From an uncultured Erysipelotrichaceae bacterium (lineage in GTDB: Bacteria; Bacillota_I; Bacilli_A; RFN20; CAG-826): 64,000 nucleotides of DNA. Each line of letters begins with the position of its first letter. Position 1 is the first letter of the stretch. This document shows positions 28,344 through 37,318 of the stretch, in pieces. The stretch lies in NCBI GenBank assembly GCA_900317295.1, contig ONGB01000002.1:1978-65977 (forward strand), read 5' to 3'. The position numbers and the translations under genes were made by a program. Below the pieces are notes generated by a model. That model searched no databases. It worked only from the letters and a program-made list of their open reading frames with translations, and had not been told where the DNA came from.

Positions 28344-29024
28344 ATGGAAAAACGCATCGCAATAGCCATCGACGGGCCGGCCGCCGCCGGGAAATCGACC
28401 GTCGCCAAAGCCGTGGCCAAACGGCTCGGCTTCATCTATATCGACACGGGGGCGATGTATCGTGCCTTCACTTGGTACGTCATGCATAAGGGTCTAGATC
28501 CCAAAGACGAAGCCGCCTCCTGTTCCTTAATCCCCGAAGTGGATATCGATCTCCGCGACGACGGCACCGTCCTCATCTGCGGCCATGACGTCACCCGCGC
28601 CATCCGCGAACCCCAAGTTTCCGGCAATGTCTCCTATATCGCTTCCTATAAGGAAATCCGCCTCGCCCTCATCGAGATGCAACGCATCCTCGCCACGCGC
28701 GGTTCCGTCGTGATGGATGGCCGCGACATCGGCTCCTACGTCTTGCCTAACGCCCAAGTCAAAATCTTCCAGATCGCCTCGGTCGAGACCCGCGCGGAAC
28801 GCCGCTACAAAGAAAACGTCGAAAAAGGCATCCCCACTTCGTTAGAGGATGTTATCGCCGACGTGAAGAAGCGCGACTACATCGATTCCCATCGCGATTT
28901 CGATCCCCTCACCCAGGCGGAGGACGCCGTTCCTTTGGATACCTCCTACATGACCATTGAGGAGTCCGTCGACGCCGTGTTGAAGATCGTCAAAGAGAAA
29001 GTCGGAGTTTCGCCGATATGCTAG
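28344..29024 (+). CDS. cmk: Cytidylate kinase
   Basis: IAIDGPAAAGKSTVAK...IDTGAMYR, with GGGAGG 8 nt upstream. Confidence 0.95.
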   Translation: MEKRIAIAIDGPAAAGKSTVAKAVAKRLGFIYIDTGAMYRAFTWYVMHKGLDPKDEAASCSLIPEVDIDLRDDGTVLICGHDVTRAIREPQVSGNVSYIASYKEIRLALIEMQRILATRGSVVMDGRDIGSYVLPNAQVKIFQIASVETRAERRYKENVEKGIPTSLEDVIADVKKRDYIDSHRDFDPLTQAEDAVPLDTSYMTIEESVDAVLKIVKEKVGVSPIC

Positions 29025-30319
29025 GTTTGGTCGCTTTCGTCGGTGCCCCAAACGTCGGGAAATCCACGTTGTTTAATCGTCTTATCGGCGAGCGCCTTTC
29101 CATCGTCGAAGACACTCCGGGCATCACCCGCGACCGCCTTTATGGCACCGCGGAATGGCTCACCAAGCGTTTTCGCCTCGTCGATACCGGGGGCATCGAA
29201 ATCAAGAAAGCCCTGTTCAAAGACGAAATCCGCGCCCAAGTGGAAATCGCCATCGAGGAAGCCGACGTCATCGTCTTCGTCACCGACGGGCGCCTAGGCA
29301 TCTCCCAGGAAGACCGCGCGGTCGCCAAGATGCTGTATGCCTCCAATAAACCCGTCATTTTGGTCGCCAACAAAATCGATAACGTCCAAATGATCGCCAA
29401 CGCCCAAGAATTCTATGGGCTCGGTTTAGGCGATCCGCTCCCCGTCAGCGCATCCCACGGCATCGGGGTAGGGGATTTGCTCGACAAGATCGTCTCCCTC
29501 CTCCCCGAGGAAAAAGAGGAGGACTATGGGGACGCGACTTCCTTCTGCTTCATCGGCAGGCCGAACGTTGGGAAGAGCTCTTTGACCAACGCGATCCTCG
29601 GGGACAACCGCGTCATCGTCAAAGACCTCCCCGGGACCACCCGCGATTCCATCGATACGCCCTTCTCCCGCGACGGCAAGAACTATGTCGCCATCGATAC
29701 CGCCGGGCTCAATAAGCGCGGCAGGATCTATGAAGCGGTCGATAAATACGCCGCCTTGCGCGCCCTATCCGCGATTGACCGCAGCCAAGTCGCCGTGCTG
29801 GTCGTCGACGCCGGGACGGGGATTTTGGATCAGGACCGCCACGTCGTCGGTTATGCCCTCGATGCGAGGAAGGCCATCGTCGTCGTCATCAATAAATGGG
29901 ATTTGGCCAAGAAGGGGCTGATGCAGGAGCAATTCGCCCAAGAATTCCGCCAGAGATTCAAATTCTTGGATTACGCCGAAATCGTCTTCGTCTCCGCGGA
30001 GACCGGAAGGAATTTGGATGCCATTTTGCCCGCGATCGACCGCGCGAAAGAAAACGCTTCGCGCCGCGTCTCGACTTCGATCCTCAACCAGATCATCCAA
30101 GATGCCCAGAACATGAACCCCACCCCCGAATTCAATCACGGGAGGCTCAAGATCATGTTCGCGAGCCAAGTCGCGGTGAACCCCCCGACCTTCGCCTTGT
30201 TCTGCAACGATCCGAAGTTCGCCCATTTCTCCTACACGCGTTATTTGGAAAACAGGCTCCGCGAATCCTTTGACTTCACCGGCACGCCCCTCCATTTGAT
30301 CTACCGTCAACGCAAATAA
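29018..30319 (+). CDS. der: Ribosome-biogenesis GTPase Der (EngA), double GTPase domain
   Basis: Two G domains (GAPNVGKST...DTGG...NKID and GRPNVGKSS...DTAG...NKWD) plus a KH-like C-terminus. Confidence 0.95.
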   Translation: MLGLVAFVGAPNVGKSTLFNRLIGERLSIVEDTPGITRDRLYGTAEWLTKRFRLVDTGGIEIKKALFKDEIRAQVEIAIEEADVIVFVTDGRLGISQEDRAVAKMLYASNKPVILVANKIDNVQMIANAQEFYGLGLGDPLPVSASHGIGVGDLLDKIVSLLPEEKEEDYGDATSFCFIGRPNVGKSSLTNAILGDNRVIVKDLPGTTRDSIDTPFSRDGKNYVAIDTAGLNKRGRIYEAVDKYAALRALSAIDRSQVAVLVVDAGTGILDQDRHVVGYALDARKAIVVVINKWDLAKKGLMQEQFAQEFRQRFKFLDYAEIVFVSAETGRNLDAILPAIDRAKENASRRVSTSILNQIIQDAQNMNPTPEFNHGRLKIMFASQVAVNPPTFALFCNDPKFAHFSYTRYLENRLRESFDFTGTPLHLIYRQRK

Positions 30320-30411
30320 ACCACTCTTTTTTGTTTTTCTTCGACCACGTCGGATATTTTTTATTATTTTCAATAATGGGCCAAGGAAAAGGCGACAAGT
30401 GGCAAAAAAGT

Positions 30412-30440
30412 TTGCAAAACCTTCGATGGTGCCTTATATT
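30412..30440 (+). promoter_or_regulatory. Putative SigA-type promoter of hup
   Basis: TTGCAA, a 17-nt spacer, then TATATT, about 40 nt upstream of the hup ATG. Confidence 0.55.
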
Positions 30441-30480
30441 GTCGATACTTTCTCAGCAGAAAATAGGAGGATATCAATCC

Positions 30481-30750
30481 ATGAACAAAGCTGAACTCAT
30501 CAAAGCCGTCGTCGAAAAAGGCAAGCTCTCCCATCGCGAAGCCGAAGCCGCCGTTGAGGACATCCTCGGCGTCATCGAAGAAGCCCTCGTCAAAGGCGAA
30601 GAAGTCAAGCTCTCTGGCTTCGGCGCTTTCGAGCCGAAGGTTCGCAAAGCCCGCGTTGGCACCAACCCGTCCACTGGCGCGAAGATCGAGATCCCGGAAT
30701 CCAAGTCCGTCGTCTTCAAGCCGTCCAAAGGCCTTAAGGCCCGCCTCTAA
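30481..30750 (+). CDS. hup: DNA-binding protein HU
   Basis: MNKAELIKAVVEK...GFGAFEPKVRKARVGTNPSTGAKIEIPESKSVVFKPSKGLK, with TAGGAGGA upstream. The upstream part of the track ORF is rejected. Confidence 0.95.
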   Translation: MNKAELIKAVVEKGKLSHREAEAAVEDILGVIEEALVKGEEVKLSGFGAFEPKVRKARVGTNPSTGAKIEIPESKSVVFKPSKGLKARL

Positions 30751-30777
30751 TCCTATTTAAGAGAACGACGCAAACAT

Positions 30778-30803
30778 GGGCTCCTTCGGGAGCCCTTTTC
30801 TTT
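30778..30803 (+). terminator. Rho-independent terminator of hup
   Basis: GGGCTCC-TTCG-GGAGCCC followed by TTTTCTTT. Confidence 0.9.
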
Positions 30804-30830
30804 GCGCGTTATGATAGAATCATATCCGCG

Positions 30831-31436
30831 ATGAAATTGCCTGAGATCTTCCTGCGCCTTTCCTCTCTCTACGCCGAACATGGCCATCGCCTTTTTCTCA
30901 TCGGCGGAACCTCGCGGGATCTATTGCTGGGCATCGACCCATCCGACATCGATTTGGTGACCGATGCCACCCCGGAAGAAGAAAAAGCCTTCCTTCCCGA
31001 TCTTGAAATGACCTTCGCTAGATTTGGCTCCGTTCATTTGAAAACGGAAGCGGGGGACATCGATATCACGACGTTGCGCAGGGAATCCGGATATAAAGAT
31101 TCCCGCCACCCGAGCAAGATTGAGTTCATCCGGGATCTGAAAGAGGATAGCCTTCGCCGCGACTTCACGATCAACGCCCTCTATATCGATTGCCAAGGAA
31201 ACGTATCGGACTATCATGGGGGCCTAGAGGATTTGAAGAATCGCCTCATCCGTTTCATCGGCGATCCCGCGACCCGCATCCAAGAAGATCCCTTGCGGAT
31301 CCTAAGGGCGGAGCGCTTCGCCAAAAGGCTTGGCTTCCAGATTGAGGAAAACACCGAAAAAGCCATGGAGGAGCATCGCGATCTCCTCCGCCTCCTCAAC
31401 CCCGAGAAAATCGCGATGGAAATGAAAAAGGAGTGA
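30831..31436 (+). CDS. cca: Class II CCA-adding / poly(A) polymerase-type nucleotidyltransferase, head and neck only (201 aa)
   Basis: Motifs LIGGTSRDLLLG, DIDLVT, RRDFTINAL and EDPLRILRAERF are present. The ORF stops after about 200 aa, with no body or tail domains. TGaTAGAAT ends 10 nt before the ATG and there is no SD. Confidence 0.7.
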   Translation: MKLPEIFLRLSSLYAEHGHRLFLIGGTSRDLLLGIDPSDIDLVTDATPEEEKAFLPDLEMTFARFGSVHLKTEAGDIDITTLRRESGYKDSRHPSKIEFIRDLKEDSLRRDFTINALYIDCQGNVSDYHGGLEDLKNRLIRFIGDPATRIQEDPLRILRAERFAKRLGFQIEENTEKAMEEHRDLLRLLNPEKIAMEMKKE

Positions 31437-31442
31437 CCCAGT

Positions 31443-32102
31443 ATGTCGAATTCGTTGCCCAACGAAAGCGTGGATTTCCGTTATTTGCTGTTGGAATACT
31501 ACAAAAAACTCGGTTTGACGGAGAATGAGGTCCTCGTCCTTTTGATGGTCAATCACCTCCTCAATCAGAAGAACGATTGGATCACCGCGGACATGCTCTC
31601 CATGAAGACCAATCTCAAAACCAAGGAACTGGATCGCATCCTCTCCGATTTGGTGAAACGCGGGTTCTTGGAATATGTCTTGGAGTCCGCGAGGGTTTCT
31701 TTGGAACCGATTTCCAAAACGCTTTGGCAGCTCTTCGCCTTGGATGTGGCAAAGAACAACCAAAACCGCCTTTCCGCGGAACGGGCGGAGCTCCTTTCCG
31801 AAATCTATTCCTATTATGAAAAGAAACTCGGTCGCACTTTATCTCCCTTTGACAAAGACCAAATCAACCAATGGCTCGATGATGGATATCGCGTCGAGCA
31901 GATTCGCCACGCCTTGGACGACGCCCTCGCCGAGGGGCGGAAGACGATGAAATCCGTCGGCAAGCGCCTGCGCTTAGCTAGGGCAGGGGAAGACATCGAC
32001 CGCGAAGGCTATACCCTCGTCGGCGATAACTGGGACCAAGACATCGCCAAGACGATGGAGATCGTCAAGACGAAGTGGGTGGACGATGGCAAAGAAGACT
32101 GA
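31443..32102 (+). CDS. dnaD: DnaD-domain replication initiation / membrane attachment protein
   Basis: N-terminal winged-helix part and a DnaD/DnaB_2 domain (LSPFDKDQINQWLDDGYRVEQIRHALDDALAEGRKTMKSVGKRL). AAGGAG upstream. Followed by nth, as in B. subtilis. Confidence 0.8.
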   Translation: MSNSLPNESVDFRYLLLEYYKKLGLTENEVLVLLMVNHLLNQKNDWITADMLSMKTNLKTKELDRILSDLVKRGFLEYVLESARVSLEPISKTLWQLFALDVAKNNQNRLSAERAELLSEIYSYYEKKLGRTLSPFDKDQINQWLDDGYRVEQIRHALDDALAEGRKTMKSVGKRLRLARAGEDIDREGYTLVGDNWDQDIAKTMEIVKTKWVDDGKED

Positions 32103-32733
32103 GGAGATTCTCGCTTATCTTGCTTCGGCTTTCCCGGAGGCGAAATGCTCCCTCGTTTTCGCTTCGCCTTACCAATGTTTGGTCGCGGTTTCCTTATCCG
32201 CGCAGACGACGGACGAATCCGTAAACAAGGTGACGCCCCGCCTCTTTTTGGATTATCCGACCCCAAAAGAGCTGGGAAACGCATCGCTTTCTGACATCGA
32301 AGACCACATCCGTTCCCTAGGGTTATATAGGAACAAAGCAAAGAATCTAAAAGCCTTGGGACAAGCTTTAGAAGAACGCTTTGGGGGAGTCGTTCCTTCG
32401 ACCCGAGAGGAATTGATCACCTTACCTGGCGTCGGCATCAAGACGGCCAATGTCGTGACCGCGGAATGCTTTGAGATCCAAGGCCTCGCGGTCGATACCC
32501 ATGTGGGCCGCGTCTCCAAACGCCTGGGTTTGGCCAAAGAAGCGGATACTCCAGAGCAAGTGGAGGGAAAACTGGAGAAGTTCTTCCCGCGGGCTTCATG
32601 GCTCGATGTCCATCATCGCCTCATCGCCTTCGGCAGGGCGATTTGCCATGCAAAAAGTCCCGAATGCGGGGCTTGTGGTCTGCAAGGGCTTTGCCCTTAT
32701 TTCAAGAAATACCCCGTCGCGACGGGCAAATAG
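32086..32733 (+). CDS. nth: Endonuclease III (DNA glycosylase/AP lyase)
   Basis: HhH-GPD motif LPGVGIKTANVV...DTHV and a C-terminal 4Fe-4S cluster loop CHAKSPECGACGLQGLC. Confidence 0.93.
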   Translation: MAKKTEEILAYLASAFPEAKCSLVFASPYQCLVAVSLSAQTTDESVNKVTPRLFLDYPTPKELGNASLSDIEDHIRSLGLYRNKAKNLKALGQALEERFGGVVPSTREELITLPGVGIKTANVVTAECFEIQGLAVDTHVGRVSKRLGLAKEADTPEQVEGKLEKFFPRASWLDVHHRLIAFGRAICHAKSPECGACGLQGLCPYFKKYPVATGK

Positions 32734-33299
32734 TCATAACGCGGCCGATATCCTTCTGGGACGATCAGGCCGTTTTTTCTTATCTCCTCGACGGTGAGGG
32801 AGGCGCGCTTTCTTTCTAGGTATCGCTCGATCAAATAGGAGGCGGGGACGAAGTAGGTCTCCCCTAACAAAGCGAAATGAATCAGAAAGAACGCCCAGCC
32901 GCCGTGTTGAAGGACGTTTTGGAGGTGGCGGATCTGCTGCAGAGGGACGTTAGAGAAGGGGAAGGAAGTCTTCGAACGGGTGCTCTTGGCCTCAAAATCG
33001 AGGTAATGCCCCTGATAAACGCCGTTATAGTCGGTCGTGGATTGGGTCTCGTAGAAAGCTTGGACGATCTTTGGGCCATGTTCATAATCAACCTTCACGA
33101 CGCGGATCGGGGTCGGCCTTTTCGTGACGAGGCACAGGTCTTTTTCCAAATAATAGGCGTTGGCCTCATTGATCGCCGCTTCGAAATCCATGCCGCGATT
33201 GCCCGCGGCGACTTTGAGTTTGGGAGAACCCTTCTTTTTCTTAGTCGCGCCTTCGCCCTGCACGAGCGGGCGGACGCCGGCGGGATAACGCACGGTCAT
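32697..33299 (-). CDS. recU: Holliday junction resolvase RecU
   Basis: Typical RecU core (...GMDFEAAINEANAYYLEKDLCLVTKRPTPIRVV...DFEAKST...). Its 3' end overlaps the nth 3' end convergently by 37 nt. Confidence 0.9.
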   Translation of the reverse strand: MTVRYPAGVRPLVQGEGATKKKKGSPKLKVAAGNRGMDFEAAINEANAYYLEKDLCLVTKRPTPIRVVKVDYEHGPKIVQAFYETQSTTDYNGVYQGHYLDFEAKSTRSKTSFPFSNVPLQQIRHLQNVLQHGGWAFFLIHFALLGETYFVPASYLIERYLERKRASLTVEEIRKNGLIVPEGYRPRYDYLPVATGYFLK

Positions 33300-34021
33300 T
33301 TCAAAGACCTCTGGATGATCGCGGAGAAATCCTCGGGGGAAATGGTCTCTCCTTCGGATAGGCGGCGAAGCACTTCGCGGACGGGGGCCGGAACTTTATT
33401 CGCGTTATACAAAGTCTCTTGATAAGCCTTTCCCAGGGTTTCTTTGTCTTCCAGCATCCGACGGTAGAGGTCCATGAGGTTATAGGCGTCCGCCAAAGCG
33501 TCATGGGCCTGCCCGGCGAAGTGGATGCCGAACTTCTCACAGGCGCGTTCCAAAGAGAAAGGATTGCCGTCGGGATTTTGGAGGTAACGCTTCAAAAACG
33601 CGCAGAAATCCCAGGTCCTTTTGGCGACGAAGCGCGAGAATTCCATCGAGGCGTCCATGTTGTTCTCCGCCGAGGCGATGAACATCTCGCCGTCTTGGGA
33701 ACCATAGGAAACGAAAAGGCAACGTTCTTTGTCCTTGCCGAGATATTTGATGAATTGGTTCTGCATTTCGCGGAAGGAGATGGCTTTGTCTTGGATCGTC
33801 TTCTCGCTGATGCCGGTCAGTTTGGTGACGAAGTGGCCGATGCGGTGTTTGGGCCGGACATAGGCTTTGAAGGGCTTATAGATTTTCCGCACGTGGAAAT
33901 CGTCATCGATTTTGCATTTATAGGCGCCGATTTCGATGATTTCGTGGCTTGCCTGCGTGCCTTCTAGGTCATAGAAGACGAGGAAGCGTCTGTCTTTAAT
34001 GATGTTCTTCAGGTCTTTCAT
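33296..34021 (-). CDS. DEDDh-type 3'-5' exonuclease (KapD/ERI-1-like)
   Basis: Exo I motif FYDLEGT, ...EIIEIGA..., and a C-terminal H-x4-D (AHDALADAYN). ATGA overlap with recU. Confidence 0.75.
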   Translation of the reverse strand: MKDLKNIIKDRRFLVFYDLEGTQASHEIIEIGAYKCKIDDDFHVRKIYKPFKAYVRPKHRIGHFVTKLTGISEKTIQDKAISFREMQNQFIKYLGKDKERCLFVSYGSQDGEMFIASAENNMDASMEFSRFVAKRTWDFCAFLKRYLQNPDGNPFSLERACEKFGIHFAGQAHDALADAYNLMDLYRRMLEDKETLGKAYQETLYNANKVPAPVREVLRRLSEGETISPEDFSAIIQRSLK

Positions 34022-34099
34022 CGAAGGGGATTATAAACGAAGAAAAGGCCCGTGGTTGCCTAAGTGTTGAAAAGTAAGGGCAAATCGATGACGCTTTTG

Positions 34100-34128
34100 T
34101 TGAATGGGTATCTATCTTGGATTATAAT
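34100..34128 (+). promoter_or_regulatory. Near-consensus SigA-type promoter of gpsB
   Basis: TTGAAT (34100-34105), a 17-nt spacer, then TATAAT (34123-34128). Confidence 0.7.
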
Positions 34129-34146
34129 CCAATCCGGGTTTGAGCC

Positions 34147-34509
34147 ATGGAAGAAAAAACGTTGCAATTGACCCGCGAGGACATTCTCAAAGCGGTGTTC
34201 ACCCCGAACGTCAAGGGGTACGATCCCGTCGAAGTGGATTCGTTTTTGGATCGCGTCATCGCCGACTACGCGACCTATGACCAATACGTCAGCGAAACCA
34301 AAAACTACATCGAAAGCCTCGAGAAGCAACTTCGCACCTGCAAGGACAAGAACCAGCAACTGGAGCTCGATCTCGCGAAATACCAGACCCGTTTGAACGG
34401 GATCCGGGATAGCGACTCCGTCAGCGCCGAGAACCTGCAGCTCTTGCAGAGGTGCCGTAAAATGGAATCCGCCCTGTATAAGGCGGGCATCGATCCGACC
34501 AAACTCTGA
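34147..34509 (+). CDS. gpsB: DivIVA-domain cell-cycle protein GpsB-like
   Basis: LTREDILKAVFTPNVKGYDPVEVDSFLDRVIADY followed by a coiled coil. Lies directly upstream of rnpB, as in B. subtilis. Confidence 0.8.
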   Translation: MEEKTLQLTREDILKAVFTPNVKGYDPVEVDSFLDRVIADYATYDQYVSETKNYIESLEKQLRTCKDKNQQLELDLAKYQTRLNGIRDSDSVSAENLQLLQRCRKMESALYKAGIDPTKL

Positions 34510-34518
34510 CCCAGAAAA

Positions 34519-34850
34519 CACATCCGGCCCGGACGGCTGCTCCTAACGGAGAGGAAAGTCCATGCTCGCACCTCCTGCGATGGAGGTAGTGATTGCGCTG
34601 AGGGAAGAAATAACCTCAGGTGCGGCAGCGCGCAACGGAAGGCGAACGTCCCCCGCGGACGGGAACCCATAAAGGCGCCACAGAGACGAGCTTGATGGCG
34701 ACATCAAGATGAAACGAGGCAAGCCCCGCAAGCGAGAAACCCAAAATTGGTAGGGGAAGCGCCCAAAGCGAATTGAAGCCGAGGGGGCCAGGGAAACCTG
34801 AGATAAATTGCCGTCCCCGACAAAACATGGCTTATAGGGCCGGATGCTAT
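34519..34850 (+). ncRNA. rnpB: RNase P RNA, Bacillus type (type B)
   Basis: P1 pairing CATCCGGCCC (34521-30) with GGGCCGGATG (34837-46). Conserved blocks GAGAGGAAAGTCCATGCTCGCAC, GCGCCACAGAGACGA, AGCGAGAAACCCAAAATTGGTAGGGGAA and ACAAAACATGGCTTATAGG closely match the B. subtilis rnpB blocks as I remember them. About 330 nt. Confidence 0.93.
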
Positions 34851-34863
34851 TAAAAGAAATCTT

Positions 34864-35514
34864 ATGAAAATCAACATTCCCACCAAAATCACCATCGCCC
34901 GCATCGTGCTGGTCGCCGGGCTGCTCATCTTCCTCTTCGTTTTCCAACTTTTGGGAGCCCAGGGCATCTATCTCGACACGGTTTTGGGCAATACGGGAAT
35001 CTATCTCATCTACCTGATCGCCGCGGTCATCTTCGTCATCGCCGCCTATACCGACCATCTCGACGGCATGTTGGCCCGCAAATGGAACCAAGTCACGGAT
35101 TTAGGCAAATTCCTCGATCCGATCGCCGACAAGATGCTCGTCAATTCCTTGCTGATTTTCCTCTGCGTCCCCTCTTCCTTCGCGCCGGGACAGATGACGA
35201 TCCCCGCTTTCTGCGTCATCTTGATGATCCTCCGCGACCTCGTCGTCGACACGATGCGCTTCGTCGCTGCTTCCAAAGGGAAAGTGGTGGCCGCCAATAT
35301 CTTCGGCAAGCTCAAGACCGTCTTCCAGATGGTGGCGATTCCCGTCGTGCTCCTCAACGGCTTCCCCTTCTCGTATTTCGATGCTTCCTGGGGATATGGC
35401 CGCATCGCTTTGATCCTCGTCTATCTCGCCACCGCGATGTCTTTGGCTTCCGGCGTCATCTACGTCATCCAGAACCGCGCGGTGCTTAAGGAGGAATCCC
35501 ATGGAGCCGATTGA
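34864..35514 (+). CDS. pgsA: CDP-diacylglycerol--glycerol-3-phosphate 3-phosphatidyltransferase
   Basis: CDP-alcohol phosphatidyltransferase motif DHLDGMLARKWNQVTDLGKFLDPIADK in a polytopic membrane protein. Confidence 0.9.
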   Translation: MKINIPTKITIARIVLVAGLLIFLFVFQLLGAQGIYLDTVLGNTGIYLIYLIAAVIFVIAAYTDHLDGMLARKWNQVTDLGKFLDPIADKMLVNSLLIFLCVPSSFAPGQMTIPAFCVILMILRDLVVDTMRFVAASKGKVVAANIFGKLKTVFQMVAIPVVLLNGFPFSYFDASWGYGRIALILVYLATAMSLASGVIYVIQNRAVLKEESHGAD

Positions 35515-35977
35515 GGAACTGCTTCGCGCCTTGGCCGCCAAAGGGCTGACCCTCGGTTCGGTGGAATCCATCACCGCCGGGCTTTTCGGGGCGACCGCCG
35601 CCGAGATCCCCGGGGCGAGCAACGTCTATAAAGGCGGGCTCATCACCTATTCCGCCGAATTAAAGAACAAACTTGCTTTCGTCCCTTCCCAATTGATTCA
35701 AGACCATGGCGTCGTCTCCGCCGAAGTCGCGGCCTCGATGGCCGTCGGCGGGCAGAAGGCCCTAGGGGTCGATGTCTGCCTTTCCTGCACGGGGAACGCC
35801 GGCCCGACCGCGGAAAAAGGCAGTGCCCCCGTCGGCGCGGTTTATCTCGGTTTAGCCTATGGAGGCAACGTGTGGACCGTGCCGCTTAACTATGAAGGCG
35901 AAAGAAATTTCATTAGGAAGAAAACTGCAGAAGCCATGGGGCTTTTCGGGCTTTCCATTTTCGGAAAAAAGGAGTGA
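35501..35977 (+). CDS. pncC: CinA C-terminal-domain protein / nicotinamide-nucleotide amidase PncC
   Basis: Stand-alone CinA_C domain (LGSVESITAGLFGATAA...GGLITYS...VSAEVAASMA...). Position pgsA-cinA-recA as in Bacillus. Confidence 0.85.
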   Translation: MEPIEELLRALAAKGLTLGSVESITAGLFGATAAEIPGASNVYKGGLITYSAELKNKLAFVPSQLIQDHGVVSAEVAASMAVGGQKALGVDVCLSCTGNAGPTAEKGSAPVGAVYLGLAYGGNVWTVPLNYEGERNFIRKKTAEAMGLFGLSIFGKKE

Positions 35978-36044
35978 ATCCGAAAACAATTTTTACAATT
36001 TCCCGGCTTCCCGGGTATAGAAGAGTAGGAGGCAAAAAATAATT

Positions 36045-37073
36045 ATGGCAGCCAAAAACAACGAACCCATTTCCAAAGAGAAGGCCTTAGAAGAGGCCCT
36101 CAAATCGATCGAGAAAGCTTACGGCAAAGGATCGGTCATGCGCTTAGGCGAGCGTCCCCACGTCGATGTGGACGTCATCCCCAGCGGCTCTATCCTGCTC
36201 GACCAAGCCCTCGGCGTCGGCGGATACCCCCGCGGCAGGATCATCGAGATCTATGGCCCGGAATCCTCCGGCAAAACCACCCTTGCCCTCGAAGCGATCG
36301 CCGAAGCCCAGAAGAAGGGCGGCCGCGCCGCTTTCGTCGACGCGGAACACGCGATTGACCCCGAATACGCCGCGAAGCTAGGCGTCGACATCAATGAACT
36401 CATCCTCTCCCAGCCCGATAGCGGCGAGCAGGCCCTCGAAATCGTCGAGATGCTCGCTTCCTCTGGCGCGATCGACATCATCGTCGTCGACTCCGTCGCC
36501 GCCTTGGTCCCACAGGCCGAGCTCGATGGCGTCATGTCCGACAACCAAGTGGGTCTGCAAGCCCGCCTCATGTCCAAGGGCATGCGCAAGATCGCCGGCG
36601 TTCTCAATCGCACGAACACCGTCGTCATCTTCATCAACCAGCTCCGTGAGAAAGTCGGCGTCATCTACGGCAACCCCGAGACCACGACCGGCGGGCGCGC
36701 CCTTAAGTTCTACGCGTCCATCCGCTTGGACATCCGCCGCGCGGAAGCCCTCAAAGCCGGCACCCAGATCATCGGCAACTCCGTCAAGATCAAGGTCGTC
36801 AAAAACAAAGTCGCGCCGCCCTTCAAGAGCTGCGTCATCGACATGATCTATGGCGAAGGCATCTCCAAGACCGCGGAGATCCTCGATGTCGGTGAACAGC
36901 TCGGCATCTTCGAAAAGAGCGGCAGCTGGTATATCCTCAACGGCAACAAAATCGGCAATGGCCGCGATGCCTGCAAGCAGTACCTCCTCGACCATCCGGA
37001 AGAGGCCGCCCAGCTCGAGGCGAAAATCCGCGCCGGCATCAACGGCGAGGCGCTACTCGACGACGCGGAATAA
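36045..37073 (+). CDS. recA: Recombinase RecA
   Basis: [12 protein letters not shown], loops L1/L2 and overall canonical sequence. TAGGAGG upstream. Confidence 0.98.
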   Translation: MAAKNNEPISKEKALEEALKSIEKAYGKGSVMRLGERPHVDVDVIPSGSILLDQALGVGGYPRGRIIEIYGPESSGKTTLALEAIAEAQKKGGRAAFVDAEHAIDPEYAAKLGVDINELILSQPDSGEQALEIVEMLASSGAIDIIVVDSVAALVPQAELDGVMSDNQVGLQARLMSKGMRKIAGVLNRTNTVVIFINQLREKVGVIYGNPETTTGGRALKFYASIRLDIRRAEALKAGTQIIGNSVKIKVVKNKVAPPFKSCVIDMIYGEGISKTAEILDVGEQLGIFEKSGSWYILNGNKIGNGRDACKQYLLDHPEEAAQLEAKIRAGINGEALLDDAE

Positions 37074-37090
37074 ACCCCATGACCAAGATA

Positions 37091-37118
37091 CCCCTCCGCG
37101 CGAGGGGTTTTCTTTTTT
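37091..37118 (+). terminator. Rho-independent terminator of recA
   Basis: CCCCTC-CGCGC-GAGGGG followed by TTTTCTTTTTT. Confidence 0.9.
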
Positions 37119-37318
37119 GGATTAAGGCTAGAGAAGCAAGCGCTTTCTTGCTACAATAGCGGCGTACCCAAAGGTACCCCAAACCAATTTGTCGTTTAGG
37201 CCCCTCTTCGGAGGGTATGATAATTCTTCCCCAAGGGGCAATATTAAACCGAACAAACAACGATATGGGCGAAAGCCTTTTTAGGGTGCACCCTCATTTT
37301 TCAACAAGGAGATAGGAT

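Noticed and set aside
32697-32733. The 37-nt convergent overlap of the nth and recU 3' ends as a possible regulatory antisense arrangement
   Set aside because: Short convergent overlaps are common in compact genomes. Nothing in the sequence, such as a hairpin or promoter, points to a specific mechanism.
35978-36044. A possible LexA/DinR (Cheo) box upstream of recA
   Set aside because: The closest sequence, CGAAAACAATTTT, does not fit CGAAC-N4-GTTCG. No lexA gene is in the window.
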